From Anthoceros angustus (taxonomy: Eukaryota > Plantae > Anthocerotophyta): 64,000 nucleotides of DNA. Positions within the stretch are counted from its first letter, which is position 1. Each line of letters starts with the position of its first letter. The translations under genes and the position numbers were made by a program. Below the pieces are notes generated by a model. It saw only the letters and a program-made list of their open reading frames with translations. It was not told the origin of the DNA and made no database searches. Of this stretch, positions 1 through 11,978 are shown piece after piece. Location of the stretch: NCBI GenBank assembly GCA_010909165.1, contig MU008176.1, positions 798,856-862,855 of the forward strand. Direction: 5' to 3'.

Positions 1-39
1 CTGGAAAAAAAGCAGGCAGAATTAGACACAGTAATTTCT

Positions 40-290
40 TCAAGTCCTGCTGTTCAATTGGGTCAGCAGGTTGCCAAGCACGAACAGACATTTCACAGCT
101 GACGTAAGAGGAGCTGTGGGGCCCAGGGTGGGATTGCCCGGTGGACATTGAAGTGAAAGATGCATGCCAAGTTTTTGACAGCTTTGCCACAAATGATGTG
201 GTGACATGAATTGCCCTGATTGCACAGCAAGGGCTTGGACATGAAGCGCGTGTTGTGTATGGACAAAGGGAGCAAGAGAGCCTGTTTTTG
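40..290 (+). pseudogene. Degenerate PLS-class pentatricopeptide repeat (PPR) fragment
   Basis: Frame from 144 reads DIEVKDACQVFDSFATNDVVT*IALIAQQGLGHEARVVYGQREQESL, matching the PPR pattern A..VFD....DVV.W.ALI.GYAQ.G...EA..LY..M..EG. The conserved W is TGA (207-209) and GYA is deleted. Upstream VQLGQQVAKH resembles an L-motif. Confidence 0.6.
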
Positions 291-571
291 GCTCACCATG
301 TTGCTTTGGAAATTCTATACCTAGTTAAACATACTTAGGTCGGTGTTTTTGGACGAATCCAGGCTTATTACCAACAGTGCGCATACGCAGGGCGCGCGAT
401 GATAAGATAGTTCCTGATGTAAAACGCACTCCCCGTCTGTGTGTTCGTAGACTAATTTGTGTGCTGCCTGCAAGAACCTTCTCGCCTCCTCTGGATATAT
501 ACTCAGGCAAAATTTGTTGGTTCTCTATACACGAGAGTGCATTCCAAACCCCTGAAGTCGATGCAGACAAG

Positions 572-2237
572 TCACAGATGGATTGCAGCCTGTAGCGCCT
601 GAGCGGCACCGTGCTGAATCCGCTTTGATTCAGCCTTGTACTGAAGTTTCAAGGCCTTCTTCGCAATCCTCGCGTCTCTCCTTTCCGCTTTGACGGCAGC
701 CTGCAAAATCAGTTTGGGTCTCGTAAGGCACACCATACAGCTTCCCCGTTGCAGCAACGGAAGTCACACAACACCCCCTCACCTTGTGGGCTTTCCGATC
801 TTGGGGAGAATCACGCCTCCTACTTCCATTATCGGCCTGCGAAGGAGTCTCGTCTGATGAAGGAGGTTCGTGTATTGCTGGCAACTTCGCTTTGTTTCTG
901 GGTTTCTCCACGCCCTTCCTCCCCACATAATCTAGTGGTAACTTCTGTTTGCCTCCCAACCTTATTGTCGGCCTGTTCTCTCCCTCACTGACAACCGTCT
1001 GCAACCTCTTCCGCCTAACCGGCCCATCATCTATCGTAGCAGGATGGTTATCCAGATTCGAAAACGTGGAAACGATCGTTTCGCAGTCCCACTTTTCCTC
1101 CGTATCAGACACCTCCTCCAACACCACTTCATGATCTGACTCTTCATCCTCGAAAAGAAACTTTTCTGGCACAAGCCGAGCCCCACCTCCGTTCAACCCA
1201 TACAATCCCTCCGCCTTGGCAGACACCCCGTCCTCCCCGTTCCTCCTAAAGCCAAGCCCAGCAGGTGTCTCGTACTGCCGGTCAGTCGTGAGCTCCGCCA
1301 GGGCTTCTTTCAGCACAGAGCTGTCCACCTCAAAGTCTGGAACGGCACCATCGTCATCTGAAGCATCATCTTCATACTCATCGAGAACCAGCTGCAGCAT
1401 CACATGCAAAAATCAGAGACGAAACCTAGAAAAAAAACCACCTCGCATGACAGGCAAACATTAGGGCACAGCAAGTGCCTCACTACCTTCTCAAACTGAA
1501 GATCCAGATCGCGGCTGGGCCTATCCTCATCCTCAGCATCCTCATCCCACACATCCTCCTCGTCTCCATCCGAGACCTCCGCTTCGTCAAAACCACTCGC
1601 GGAACCCCGGACTCCATCTCCACCCTCATTTGCAATCATGACAAAGTCATCCTCGATCTCGTCATCAGACCGCGCCTCAAAATCACTGTCATCGTCCAAA
1701 TCCTGGAACCGTCGGCCAGTCACCGCCTTGGCCACCCCACTCTCCACAGACGCGGCATAAACCTGCACAACCCGAAAGAATCAGCAGCAGCCAAACCAAA
1801 CCAACCCCCGAATCCTCAGAAAGCAGGGAAACATCACAACTTACCTTCACGTCCGGGCGGAGAGGGTTCAAGGTGAAACCGACGGCAGGTACGAAGGTGC
1901 CCTGTTCTGAGATGCTCCTGAGGTGCCGCAAATAGTTGTAGCCGTCATCAGGGAAGCCCGCGTCCACCAGCTCCTGCCTCTGCTCGGCCGAAAGCGGAGG
2001 TTCCTGTGAGCGAGAGCCTGCCCAGTAGCCAGCAAAGCTTCCATCACTGGAGTCTGCGTCGCCGGCGATTCGGGAACGCCTCTCGTCATCCTCAACCCCG
2101 AAGCCGGGGACGCAGGCAGGACCATCGTCGGTACGCACGAACACACGATTCACTTCATCGCCATCCTGCCCGCTCTTGAACACCAGCGTGTAAGTGGCAG
2201 CAGTCTTCTTGTCCACAAAGCGCTTTTTCCTACCCAT
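572..2237 (-). CDS. LTV1: LTV1 homolog (40S ribosome biogenesis factor), 4 exons: 2237-1845, 1762-1487, 1391-783, 700-572; about 468 aa
   Basis: N-terminal MGRKKRFVDKKTAATYTLV, GFPDDGYNYLRHLR, WDCETIVSTFSNLDNHP and C-terminal AVKAERRDARIAKK are LTV1 hallmarks. The three GT-AG phase-0 introns (82, 95, 82 nt) join the ORF-track pieces in frame without stops. Confidence 0.93.
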
Positions 2238-2304
2238 CGCGATTGCTGCAGCACCAAAGCTATAATAATGTCTATGCTCGAAGCTTGCACCTACCGATCA
2301 AAAT

Positions 2305-2750
2305 TGTCATGGATCACCCCAGATATATAGAGCTGATCCACTAGTTAACATAAACCAGTCACCCCATCGTACAGAGCTAATTCAATAGTTAATTCGGGTT
2401 GTTCCGATCGCCCCAGTGTGGATGGGACTTCTCACTTCTGCATATTTATAAAGTCTCCCTTCCCTATTCCACTATGACCTCTCTCCCTACATATTGATGA
2501 AGCTTCCATATTTATTATATTTTGTTAAAAATTAAAAAGTATTTATATTCAATAAATACTTATAAAACTCAAGGTTCTCAAAGCTCTCTAACTAACTAAT
2601 TTACTTAGCTTGTTTGATTTAACTTGTCTTGCTCCTCACATACTAGGTACTACATAGACTAACTTATCTAGTCCTAGTTTCTAACCTATGCTCTTTTAGA
2701 CCTTTGTTTGACCATAGTTCATATGACCTTCGGTCTTCTACCCCATGACA
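2305..2750. mobile_element. Possible solo-LTR-like element directly upstream of LTV1
   Basis: Bounded by the perfect 8-bp inverted termini TGTCATGG...CCATGACA, AT-rich, with an internal TATTTATAAA. A diverged partial second copy of its 5' part lies at about 2803-2852. No TSD found (AAAAT vs TTCTA). Confidence 0.35.
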
Positions 2751-4257
2751 TTCTAATAATGATGTGTTGTTAAACTCTTGGGTTTCTTACACTTTTACCC
2801 ATTGATCACCTCAGTATTTATAGAGCTGATCTATTAGTTAATATAAATCAATACCTAGCTAGTTTATTTCATTATTGCTCAATCACAGCTCTCTCTTTTC
2901 CAAACAATATATAGGTTATAAATTCAGTCACATAGTAGTACCTGTTTACTAAGCAATTTTCTCTAGGTACCCACTACCTATCTATGAATATCGTCAAGTG
3001 CCAAATCTCATAATCTTACATGTAAAGTTGTCCTCACACATTTACGTAAATTAATATTTTTGTGAAAAAACTTAAATAATTCATTAAGGTGGTCGGACAA
3101 AATAAGCTTACGTAGCGCGTAGAGCGTAGAGCGAAAAAATAAAAAAAAATGAAAATGCTGATATAAAAACTAAAAAGCAAAACAAGAAATCTCACCAAAT
3201 TTTCACTACTTCGATTGACTCTACTAAAGAGGGGGAAAGAAGACTTTATTATAAAAAAGAGATGGGAAAAACCCATCCACCCCAAAAACAAAAGGGGAAA
3301 AATCCAACGAAGGGCACCATGCCAGGGGGACTAGCCCCCATGATCACGCATTTCAAAACTACCAACCGCCCGGAGAACTTCGTGGTCAGGAATGTGAAAA
3401 GGCCTACTTACCACCGGTGTCGAAGAAGCTGCATCTCCCGCGCTCGCTGTCGTTCTATATACTGCGTTAGGCAACGCCCTCTACAGAGCGATGGAAACCC
3501 TTTGCCGGAAGAAAGCAACAATACAAGAAAGGGGGAGGCCAACCCCATTCCTGCGGCTATGATAAGCCTATGACTTTACTACAATAGTCTTCAATTTCAT
3601 GCACTATGTGACATAATGTAATTGGCATATTTAGATTATACTAATTAGGAAAAATATGTCAGGAATATCTCATGGGCAGTATATACGGTCATCTTGAACC
3701 AGTATCTACTTAATGTTTATTATAAAGGGGTCCCTCTTACTCCAACGAGAATTGATAGTTATATTTGGGACAATTTAACAGAAGAACGCAAAAAACTTCG
3801 AAAAATAAGGACTGAAATACTTCTAGAAATGAGAAGTGTAAGTCCAGCTCATATACCAATTTAATGCAGTCAACTAAGGATAGATGATATCAAGACAAAG
3901 CAAATATCATAATTCCACCCCTTATGCCAATTTATTGTAGTCCAATATGTCAGGAGTTAGAAAGTCCTTTCACACTTGCATAGAAACTCTATGGAGAGGA
4001 CGTGCGCCAACATCACATGAGCGGGAGCAGTTCTCTACACTATGGAAACAAAACGCAGAGGAAAGAAAGGCTAATACTATAATTCCAGCTCTTACACCAA
4101 ATCATTTTAGACTACTTTGGATGGATGACTGTCAAAAGCTAGATAGCCCATCTACACTTGCATGAAAACTGTTTGGCAAAGAGATATGCCTACATCAAAT
4201 GAGCAGCAATGTTCTTCTACACCATGGAAACAAAACTCAAAGGCTATGACAATATTG

Positions 4258-4461
4258 TTAGAAGACGAAATTTACTATAGTCCACTAAGGATGGATGATA
4301 GTCAAAAGCTAGAAGACGAGATCTATTATAGTCCACTGAGGATGGATGATCGTCAAGAGCTGAAAGACAAGATCTATTTTAGTCTACTAAGAATGGATGA
4401 CCATCAAGAGCTAGAAGACGAGATCTATCATAGTCCACTAAGGATGAGTGATAGTCAAGAG
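4258..4461 (+). repeat. 51-bp tandem minisatellite, 4 copies, in frame (LEDEIYYSPLRMDDSQK-like x4)
   Basis: Units start at 4258, 4309, 4360 and 4411 within ORF 4162-4485. More diverged partial units lie at about 4105-4145, 4510-4550 and 4645-4670. Confidence 0.95.
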
Positions 4462-5767
4462 CTAGGACATTTTTCTACACCATAGAACCAATATGAAGAA
4501 GAAGAAAATTGTTATCGTCCACTATGGATGGATGCCCATCAAGAACTCCAGTATTCTTATGAAATTTCAATTGAAGATAAAAAGAATTAGGGTCTTCCAT
4601 TATTTTTATGGGAAACGATAATGTTGTGTGGAATGAAGAAATTATTTTAGTCTTTAAAGATGGATGATCATGGAGCGAATGTTCTTCTAATACTTCAATT
4701 AAAAATAAATAAATTAGTGTATTCCATTATCACATTAAAAATCTAAGTATTACATGAGTAAGCAAAGAAAAAATCCACTAGGGCTATTATATTCAACCTA
4801 AACACACCAAAGACCTGGCCTTCCACTCAACCACATCTTTGCCATCACCACAGCCATACCTCCATTTCTCTGAAAGAGAATCTTGCATAGAGACCACACA
4901 TCATGAGTATCTAAATTATATTCTATTATCTAAATTATCTTAGTGTGCATTTTAGCACAAGACAAGTCTTACCATGAAGAATCTTTTTCTCCTAATTTCC
5001 AACCTATTCCTAGAGTAAGTGCATACTTGCTGCCCTCCGGGACATGCTGGTTCCCCCCCTGTTGTGTGAGCCTTATAGTGTGTATCAATTATCTATGTGT
5101 CTATCTATCCCTAATTCTTTGCTCATATTCATGTGTTTTGGATTAGGCTTAGCCTCATCTTCCGTTAACGTAAACTTTGGCTAGGTTAGTGATTTAAATT
5201 AACCTTATTGTATATTAATAAAAATGAGTAAATATGGGATTTAGAATTTATCTAAATATGAAATTTAGAATTAAAATTTATTATCATGGCTTGAGGAGTC
5301 ATTGACAAGCCAATGTCTAATTTTATTAGAATCAGCTTGACAAATTCATAGGCTTTATGAAAGGTGGCTAATCTTGTTAGGAGAGTGATTAAGATGTAAG
5401 ATTGATGCTAATAGTGAAAGGTGCGCATGAAAGACATAGCTCTGTGCACTAGGACCAGACAGTTGGCATACAAGCCTAAAGTTTTGGAAGAAGAAAAGTT
5501 CACCGATGAGCTGTTACTTGGGAGCGTAACATTAAGGACGATTCACATAGAGCTTAAGGGCTAATGTGGATGTTTTGAAACAGTTGAGAACTTGCAATAC
5601 CGGTGCGTTGCATGCGTAGCTAAGCATTCTTTTGATAGTTCGCGGGTGTGAAGCTTGGAGTGTGCAGATCTTGCAGCTCATAGACCTTCTACTTTTGTAA
5701 ATTAAACATGTAACTGAAGCGTGAACCAAGCAATTGAATCATTTGAATTATGTTGCAGTCCTTTGTG

Positions 5768-5910
5768 TTTGTGTGATGTTTGTATCAAAACAAGTCATGG
5801 GATGTTTTTAAAACAGTAGCTAGATCAATAAAAGACATCTTTGTGTGATGTTTGTATCAAAACAAGTCATGGGATGTTTTTAAAACGTAGCTAGATCAAT
5901 AAAAGACATC
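5768..5910. repeat. Direct tandem duplication, 72/71 bp x2
   Basis: TTTGTGTGATGTTTGTATCAAAACAAGTCATGGG...AAAAGACATC occurs at 5768-5839 and 5840-5910, differing by one base indel. Confidence 0.95.
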
Positions 5911-6129
5911 TTTGAGAAGTGACGCAAGAAAACATAATATTTTCCACTCATATTGAGGGAGAGGGCCAAGAAAGTTTGGTTCCTTCGTCGATCTTGTATG
6001 TTGTGAGCCACCATTAAGAGTGGATGATGAGGGTAGCCTAGTTGTGTACTATAGGGAGGAAACACACAAGGGAAAGCATTAATTGTGCACTTATAAGAAT
6101 ATACGTCTATAATCAATAAGGCTGGCCAC

Positions 6130-6540
6130 TAGGGTGTCATTTTGACCCCGTCCCAAGCTCGGTCCCGGTCCCGGCATGTGTTAAAAAAAACATGGGACCG
6201 GAGGTTCTTCAGGAGTCCGGTCCCCACCCTCGGTCCCCTATTACCCTCGGGGACCAAGGTTCATAAAGGTCCGGTTTAAAATTAGTAAATTACTTAATTT
6301 TATATCCAAGGATTTATATTTATTATGGATGGACCCATCTTATCATGGACGCATTTGCGGCTGTGCTGCAGCTGATCTGCGGACTCCGCAATCTGCAATC
6401 TTTTATATTATTATTTATAAATTATTATTTAATATTTATTATATTTAGTGACAAGGGTAAAGGCATCCCCGGTCCGGGACCGAAGCGTATGTTAGGCGGT
6501 CCCGGGGACTGAGCTAGTACTCGGTCAAAATGACACCCTG
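6130..6540. mobile_element. Non-autonomous hAT-type MITE (411 bp)
   Basis: Perfect 17-bp TIR AGGGTGTCATTTTGACC (6131-6147) / GGTCAAAATGACACCCT (6523-6539) with YAGGG termini. 8-bp TSD CTGGCCAC at 6122-6129 and 6541-6548. Subterminal GGTCCC/GGGACC repeats and an AT-rich core. Confidence 0.9.
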
Positions 6541-7335
6541 CTGGCCACCCCACTAGAAATATAAATATAAATAAGATCGATATATATAAAGCTTTGTGGA
6601 ATCGAATATACTAAAAAACGAGAATCTTTAAAGCCCAACATTAAAAATTGTAATACTACATGTAGGTCTTTATTGCTCACTTTATTGAAGTATGGCTTGC
6701 AAATCGTAATAGGTACTACTTATGTAGGTCTTCACCACTCACTGTTTAAGTATGTCTTGCGAATCCGTGCTTTTCCCACACAGGCGAAGCAGAAGAAACT
6801 GTTTGAAGTCCACAGGCAGGATCAATTTGAACAGTGAAAACTGGGCACAAAGCTTTTGCTCGTCTGTAGGAAAGACTCGTTTCCCACACCCAATGCAGGA
6901 GTTCGAAGGGGACGGCAGCACAGCAGTCGATGGCATGAATTGAGGGGGGCATGCAACAACAGATCAGATGCACATCGGTCGGAAAATACATGGGGCTGTC
7001 AAACAACTGCGGGAATTGAAAGCCTCAATAGCCTCTCCTGCAGAGCTAGGAAAGTGAAGTTCAAACTGTCAAAATAGACCTTCTTGAGATGGATTAGGAA
7101 AACCAACTGGACACAACTTTCATCACTAACTGGCCAAGGGGTTCGACGTATCAAGTCACTATCTGCTCCCAACTAGGCTGTAAACAATTCAAAAGGAAAA
7201 AAACGAAGTCAACATACACCAGGGTAGAACCTCCTTTTGAGTTGTTCTCGCCAACACAAGCGTGATTGGGAACAGCGGTCACCGCCATCTTGATGGCAGA
7301 AAATAACTGAAGGGTACCTTGACTCAGAAACTGCT

Positions 7336-9816
7336 TCAAATGATGGCATGGACAGCAGCATTTTTCTTAGCATCTGGTCCTGAGTCCCCAGTTCTTAAAG
7401 CACCACCGAATTCTACCGGAACTAGTGGAACCAGAGAATGCACGACGTCCGCAATGAGAGGCCTGTAGCTGGGCTCGGTCTGGACACACAAGGCAGCAAC
7501 CGCTGCAACCTGCATTGGGAGCACAGAGATGAGGAAAAAGGACTGGGCAAAGATGAAAGGAAAATGGTACCCTCTCTCAAGGCATCGGACTCACTTGATA
7601 GAGATGCTTGATGTTCATTGAGTCACGTAAGACGGGATCCAGAAGGAGTGGCAATTTCGATCGGATGGTTAGTTGAGGGCTTGCCTGCAAAACCGAGTGC
7701 GAAAAGAAAATTTAAGCTAAGGATCACTGGGAATCTGAAAATGAGATGCGTCAACTGGCCGGAGGCTCACCCAGGTGACAAGAGATTGGCAACCAATAGG
7801 CTTCGAAGTGTCCACCGGCATCCTTCCTGTTAGGAGTTCCAGGAGAACCACGCCGAAGCCATACACATCACTCTTTTCCGTTAAAGCCCCTGCAAAGGAG
7901 GACTGGTATGAGATGAAACGCTCATGATTCGAAACGTAGAAGTGGAATAAAGCTGTTGAAACTTGCCAGTGAGGAAGTATTCAGGAGCCACGTAACCAAA
8001 CGTGCCCCTGAGTTGAAGGGAAGTGTCCTTCTTGAGACCAGACGGCATTGGCAGGGCAAGCCCGAAATCTGAGACCTGTAAGGACGAGGATGGATGATGT
8101 CAGTCGTTTCAGTTGGAAGTAGTGCGAAACAGAGGCGAAAAGAAAGGGTAGACGACCTTGGCGTTGAAGTTTGCATCTAAAAGGATGTTGGATGACTTGA
8201 AGTCTCTGTGAATGACTGGTGGGTCACAGTGCTCGTGAAGGTGCTCCAGTCCCCTGAAGACACAATGCCATGGTACATGAGCAGCAAATGGAACGGCAAG
8301 TTCCTGCAATAACAACAAGGGAACCGGCAAGATGTACCTTGCAGCATCAAGGGCGATCTTGATACGCATGTGCCAGCCTAGTGCTGAACCTTTTGTCGGA
8401 CCTGGACGAGAAGTCCGAAACTGGTGGGGTCAAGCCATTTCTCTAATCAAGACGAAGATGTAGTACCACCAACTAGACTCAGGCAAGGCAAGGCAAGGCA
8501 AGGCAAGTAAGTTACCGTGAAGCTGATCTTGTAAGGATCCGTTCTGCATGTACTCGTACACAAGCAGTCGATCATCCCCGTTGGTGCAGAAGCCCAAAAG
8601 AGACACAAGGTTTGGATGGCGAACTTTGCTCATAAGGTCAACCTCTGACTGCAGGGATGCACATGGAGCACAGATCCTGGTGAGTTATCGACACTGGCAA
8701 ATCCTGGTGGGCTGGCAACCCATAAATCTCATCTGAGAAGCAGCACCTGAAACTCTTTTTCTCCTTGACCACTATCCTCCCCCAGTTTCTTCACAGCTGC
8801 AAAACTTTTCTCGTCTAGTTGAGCCTTGAAGACGCTGCCAAACCCTCCTTCACCCAGAAGGTTTTCTACGCTGAAATCATTTGTTGCAACTTGCAGCAGC
8901 GAGTACTCAAGCTCAACAGCAGTGGAAACTGGGGCACCGGCCTTCCTAGCGATGGATGTGCCATTCAGACTCCTCAACCACGGCCCAAAGGACAGTGCTC
9001 TGTTAGCGTCTGCAGAGTGCACACGGCCGCGGGTGAGCATTCCATCAGAAGATGGTGAAAGTAAAGTCTGCAGGCACTGGCAAGTGAGAGCACTTACTTT
9101 CAGGCTCATCTACGTGCCCTTGGAAGCTGGGCTTTCTAGTCTGGTCAAGAGTGTCAGTCCTACGACACATCCATGCCAGCGCAGTAGCCACCATTATGAT
9201 GATGAAGAAGGAAGGGACCAGTACGATAATTACAATCACGCCTTTATTCAACGAAGCTCCCCCACCTGATCCAGCTGCGCAAGGAAAGGCGTGTGTCACA
9301 ACATTGCAAAAGAAAGCACAAAAATGTATGTCAAACAAACATTCCCTGCAATCTCCATCTGCTACCACAACCACTACCACTACCACGGCAGTGGCATCGC
9401 GAGTCCCTGGCTAGACCTGCAGCACCTGCGACTTGAGGAGGTGTTGGTGAAGCAGAAGCAGCAATTGCGTGTACAAGGTTTTGCCTCCTTCGAGACAGGT
9501 CTTGGTGGACAGCCTTCACGGATGCCAGCTGCAGCAGTCGACGCGACCACACTGGACGGTGAATGTACCCACTAACGGCTTCAGAGCCAGGGGTTGCACC
9601 TACTTGCGGGACGTCGGCGCAGTGAGTCCAAACTTTCAGCACGCTGGACTCACTGTCACCTGACTGCACAGGCTTTGACACAGTCCCCCGCAACACCTGC
9701 CTCCCTCCCAAGTGCCTACCCAGACCTCCACAAGGCTCGGCTGCAGCTGGAGGACTGGCAAGCAGCACAAGGACGAAAAGGAGCCATACTAAGCTGCGCG
9801 GTTGCCCGCATTCCAT
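7336..9816 (-). CDS. Receptor-like Ser/Thr protein kinase, At1g80640/At2g25220-like; 10 exons (9816-~9425 with donor uncertain, 9274-9098, 9009-8747, 8648-8516, 8401-8338, 8253-8157, 8075-7967, 7889-7771, 7684-7595, 7509-7336)
   Basis: Signal peptide, TM helix ([24 protein letters not shown]) and kinase motifs [68 protein letters not shown]-terminal [24 protein letters not shown] is typical of this subfamily. Splice phases are consistent for exons 2-10. Confidence 0.93.
8481..8505 (+). repeat. (AGGCA)5 microsatellite in kinase intron 4
   Basis: Five perfect pentamer units. Confidence 0.95.
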
Positions 9817-11408
9817 CTCTCCCAGTCTCTCTACACTAAACCAATCTATGAGACGCCAGGCTCACACCATCGGCCGTGCCACGACCCCAACCGGAATCCC
9901 TCTCAAATGCCTGCCCGTCACTCCCAGCTCCGACGACACTTTCCCAGAGCGGTGAAGTCTGCCACAAGAATCGGAGCACACGCCCGTAAAAAATCCGCGC
10001 ACACTACACAACATCGCACAAGGGCGGGCAAACTCCCTCCAGAATTCAACTGCGCCGATCGCCATCCCCCGCGCTTCCCACTGTGCTCGACGGGGCGGGG
10101 GCAGTGCACTACCACACCACACTCCCGCAATTCCGCTAAACCCAACGCGCAACCGACGCGGGCAACCCGCAGGCGCAGAATTCCCACACAGCAGCCAAGC
10201 AATCCACGCAAGCACCCAAAACAAAAACGCGCCTTCCCAACAACCCAATCCACGACCCACCAGCAGAATCCTCTTCATCCGCTCCTCACGCACGCCCAGG
10301 CCGCCCCCGCGCAGGCAGACCTAGATGCAGCGCTGCCCGTCGAGCGCTCCATCCCGGGGCCCTTCCTCCTTCCCATTTCTCGCCCACAGCACCAAATTCT
10401 TCACACCGCAGCTCCCCGGACTCGGCCCGAGCCGCGCATCACCAGCAGCAGCTCCCCGCACCCCAGACTCGCCCAGATCCCTTCAGATCCCGCCCAGACT
10501 CGCCAGGCATTGCCAGCAGCACCGATCTCTCCAGCGCGGGAGCGCCGAGAGAAGCAGCTTCACGGAGCAGATTGCAGCTCTCGGGTGGCAGAGGTGAGAG
10601 ACGACCCCGGTCCGGCCCAGCCTGACCCCTGACCCGAGAGGCGGTTTAGGCGTCAACCGGGGGCGGTAATAATCTTTCTAGGTGGGATCATGACAGCGAA
10701 TCGCACTGATGTTGGACTCCTTTATGGCGGGCGTAAGAGATCCCACCTAACCGCTGCACAAAGCAACGGCTCCTGCTACCGCGATTTATGATTTGCGATG
10801 CCGTGTGGGTTTTAGCGAGCCCCAAAACAGAGCCTCCAGGCCGGGCCAGTGGCCAGTGGCCACTCCGGGCGTCCGGGCGTCCGGGCGGTTGCGCTGTCTT
10901 TCTTTCTTTAGCGCAAACACGAGAGTTTGATAATCTGGATGGCCCTGTCTGGCGGGTGCATGTGGCTACGCCTTGAAACCCGGTCCCCCGGTACGGCGCG
11001 GGAGTTTTCTAGTTGAAAAAGTTTGGCGCCTTCTGCTCTCCTTTCAGGCCGCCTACCGCAACTTGAATTTCGCGTTCCACCAAAATGGGCCTCTCGTCAC
11101 CGCTGCTTCCGCCGCCGCCGAGACCCTTTTTTATCCGAGCACATCACTCATCGCTTTCAATTGCGTATCCAAAATTCGGTCATCCAAACTTGAAAGTTTC
11201 CACGCGTTGTATTTTAGATTCGGAGTCTACCTACATATTTCCACTCCTTTCTCCATCGTCGTATGGGTGGTACTTCTTCTTCTTCTCTCTTTTTCTTTTT
11301 GACGAGCCAGACTTTTATAGAAATAAGCCCGAGGAGAACAAAAAGTCTGAGCGGGCAAGAACAAACATGAGAAAGGGGAGCGGATCACTCTGCACAGAGG
11401 AGTCTACC

Positions 11409-11567
11409 TATTTCTGGGGTCGTCCTCTTGATGCAGGCAGCAAAGCACATCGGGTTGCATGGAAATTGCTTATTCAGCCGAAGTAGGTTGGAGTGCTAGG
11501 GTTGGTTGACCCGTTTCTTAAAACTATGGCCCTCCATACTTAGTGGATCCTAAAGGCGCTGAGCCCT
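11409..11567 (+). mobile_element. LINE (L1-clade) ORF2 C-terminal relic
   Basis: YFWGRPLDAGSKAHRVAWKLLIQPK*VGVLGLVDPFLKTMALHT*WILKAL matches the plant L1 post-RT pattern F.W......H.VAW..L..PK..GGLG..D.....AL...W, with two stops. Confidence 0.6.
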
Positions 11568-11569
11568 GT

Positions 11570-11743
11570 CTTCTATCTGTGGAAGAGTTTGTGATGCATA
11601 GACTTGGCTCTGCTCATTCTTATAAACATGGGTATCAAGACATAGGAGAATTGGAGCATGGTTTGACAGAGCAGTACCTGGAACAATGGAAAAGCCCTGG
11701 ACGTGGAAAAGCATAGAGGCCGGGACATAGATCTTGTCCAGTC
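11570..11743 (-). mobile_element. LINE APE-endonuclease C-terminal part (continuation of 18908-19958 across the copia insertion)
   Basis: RLDKIYVPASMLFHVQGFSIVPGTALSNHAPILL corresponds to the APE motifs RLD and SDH.P. Joins 18908+ through the CAGTC TSD (YSWTNFQ...IARRLDKIYV). Confidence 0.78.
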
Positions 11744-11967
11744 TGATAAAATAGCTTACTATTAAGGCACTCTTCACTAGGGCACCTAGGACTTAATAAT
11801 TAATTTAGTCCTTAGGGCTCTAGGTAGTTTCTTTTAGTAGTTATTTAATTGGTTAGTTGTTACAACCACTTATTGGTTACAACTACCTTGCCTACATAAA
11901 GGCATGTACTTTCTATTATGAATGTAATGCAACACATATTGCTAGAGCTTGTGTATGATTCTCATCA
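11744..11967 (+). repeat. copia 5' LTR
   Basis: TG...CA termini, identical to 18684-18907 except AAGGCAC vs AGGGCAC. Confidence 0.96.
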
Positions 11968-11978
11968 TGGTATCGAGC
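11968..11978 (+). promoter_or_regulatory. Primer binding site, tRNA-iMet type (TGGTATCGAGC; one base short of TGGTATCAGAGC)
   Basis: Immediately follows the 5' LTR terminal CA. Confidence 0.85.

Noticed and set aside
3200-3573. 3' end of a LINE on the minus strand
   Set aside because: It has AATAAA and a T-rich tail-like region but no poly(A), TSD or clear ORF2 motif; too weak to annotate.
4258-4461. CRISPR-like array
   Set aside because: Units are contiguous full-length repeats with no unique spacers, the context is eukaryotic and there are no cas genes. The same applies to the 233-bp repeats.
5340-5720. LRR/NLR pseudogene fragment
   Set aside because: Only a vague L-rich pattern interrupted by many stops; no complete LRR consensus.
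9802-10632. 276-aa plus-strand ORF as a gene
   Set aside because: Low-complexity P/R/H/Q translation of the GC-rich antisense of the kinase 5' leader; no domain motif.
11409-11743. Twin-priming 5' inversion of one LINE
   Set aside because: The two pieces converge at their 3' directions, whereas twin priming joins 5' ends; no poly(A) or TSD.
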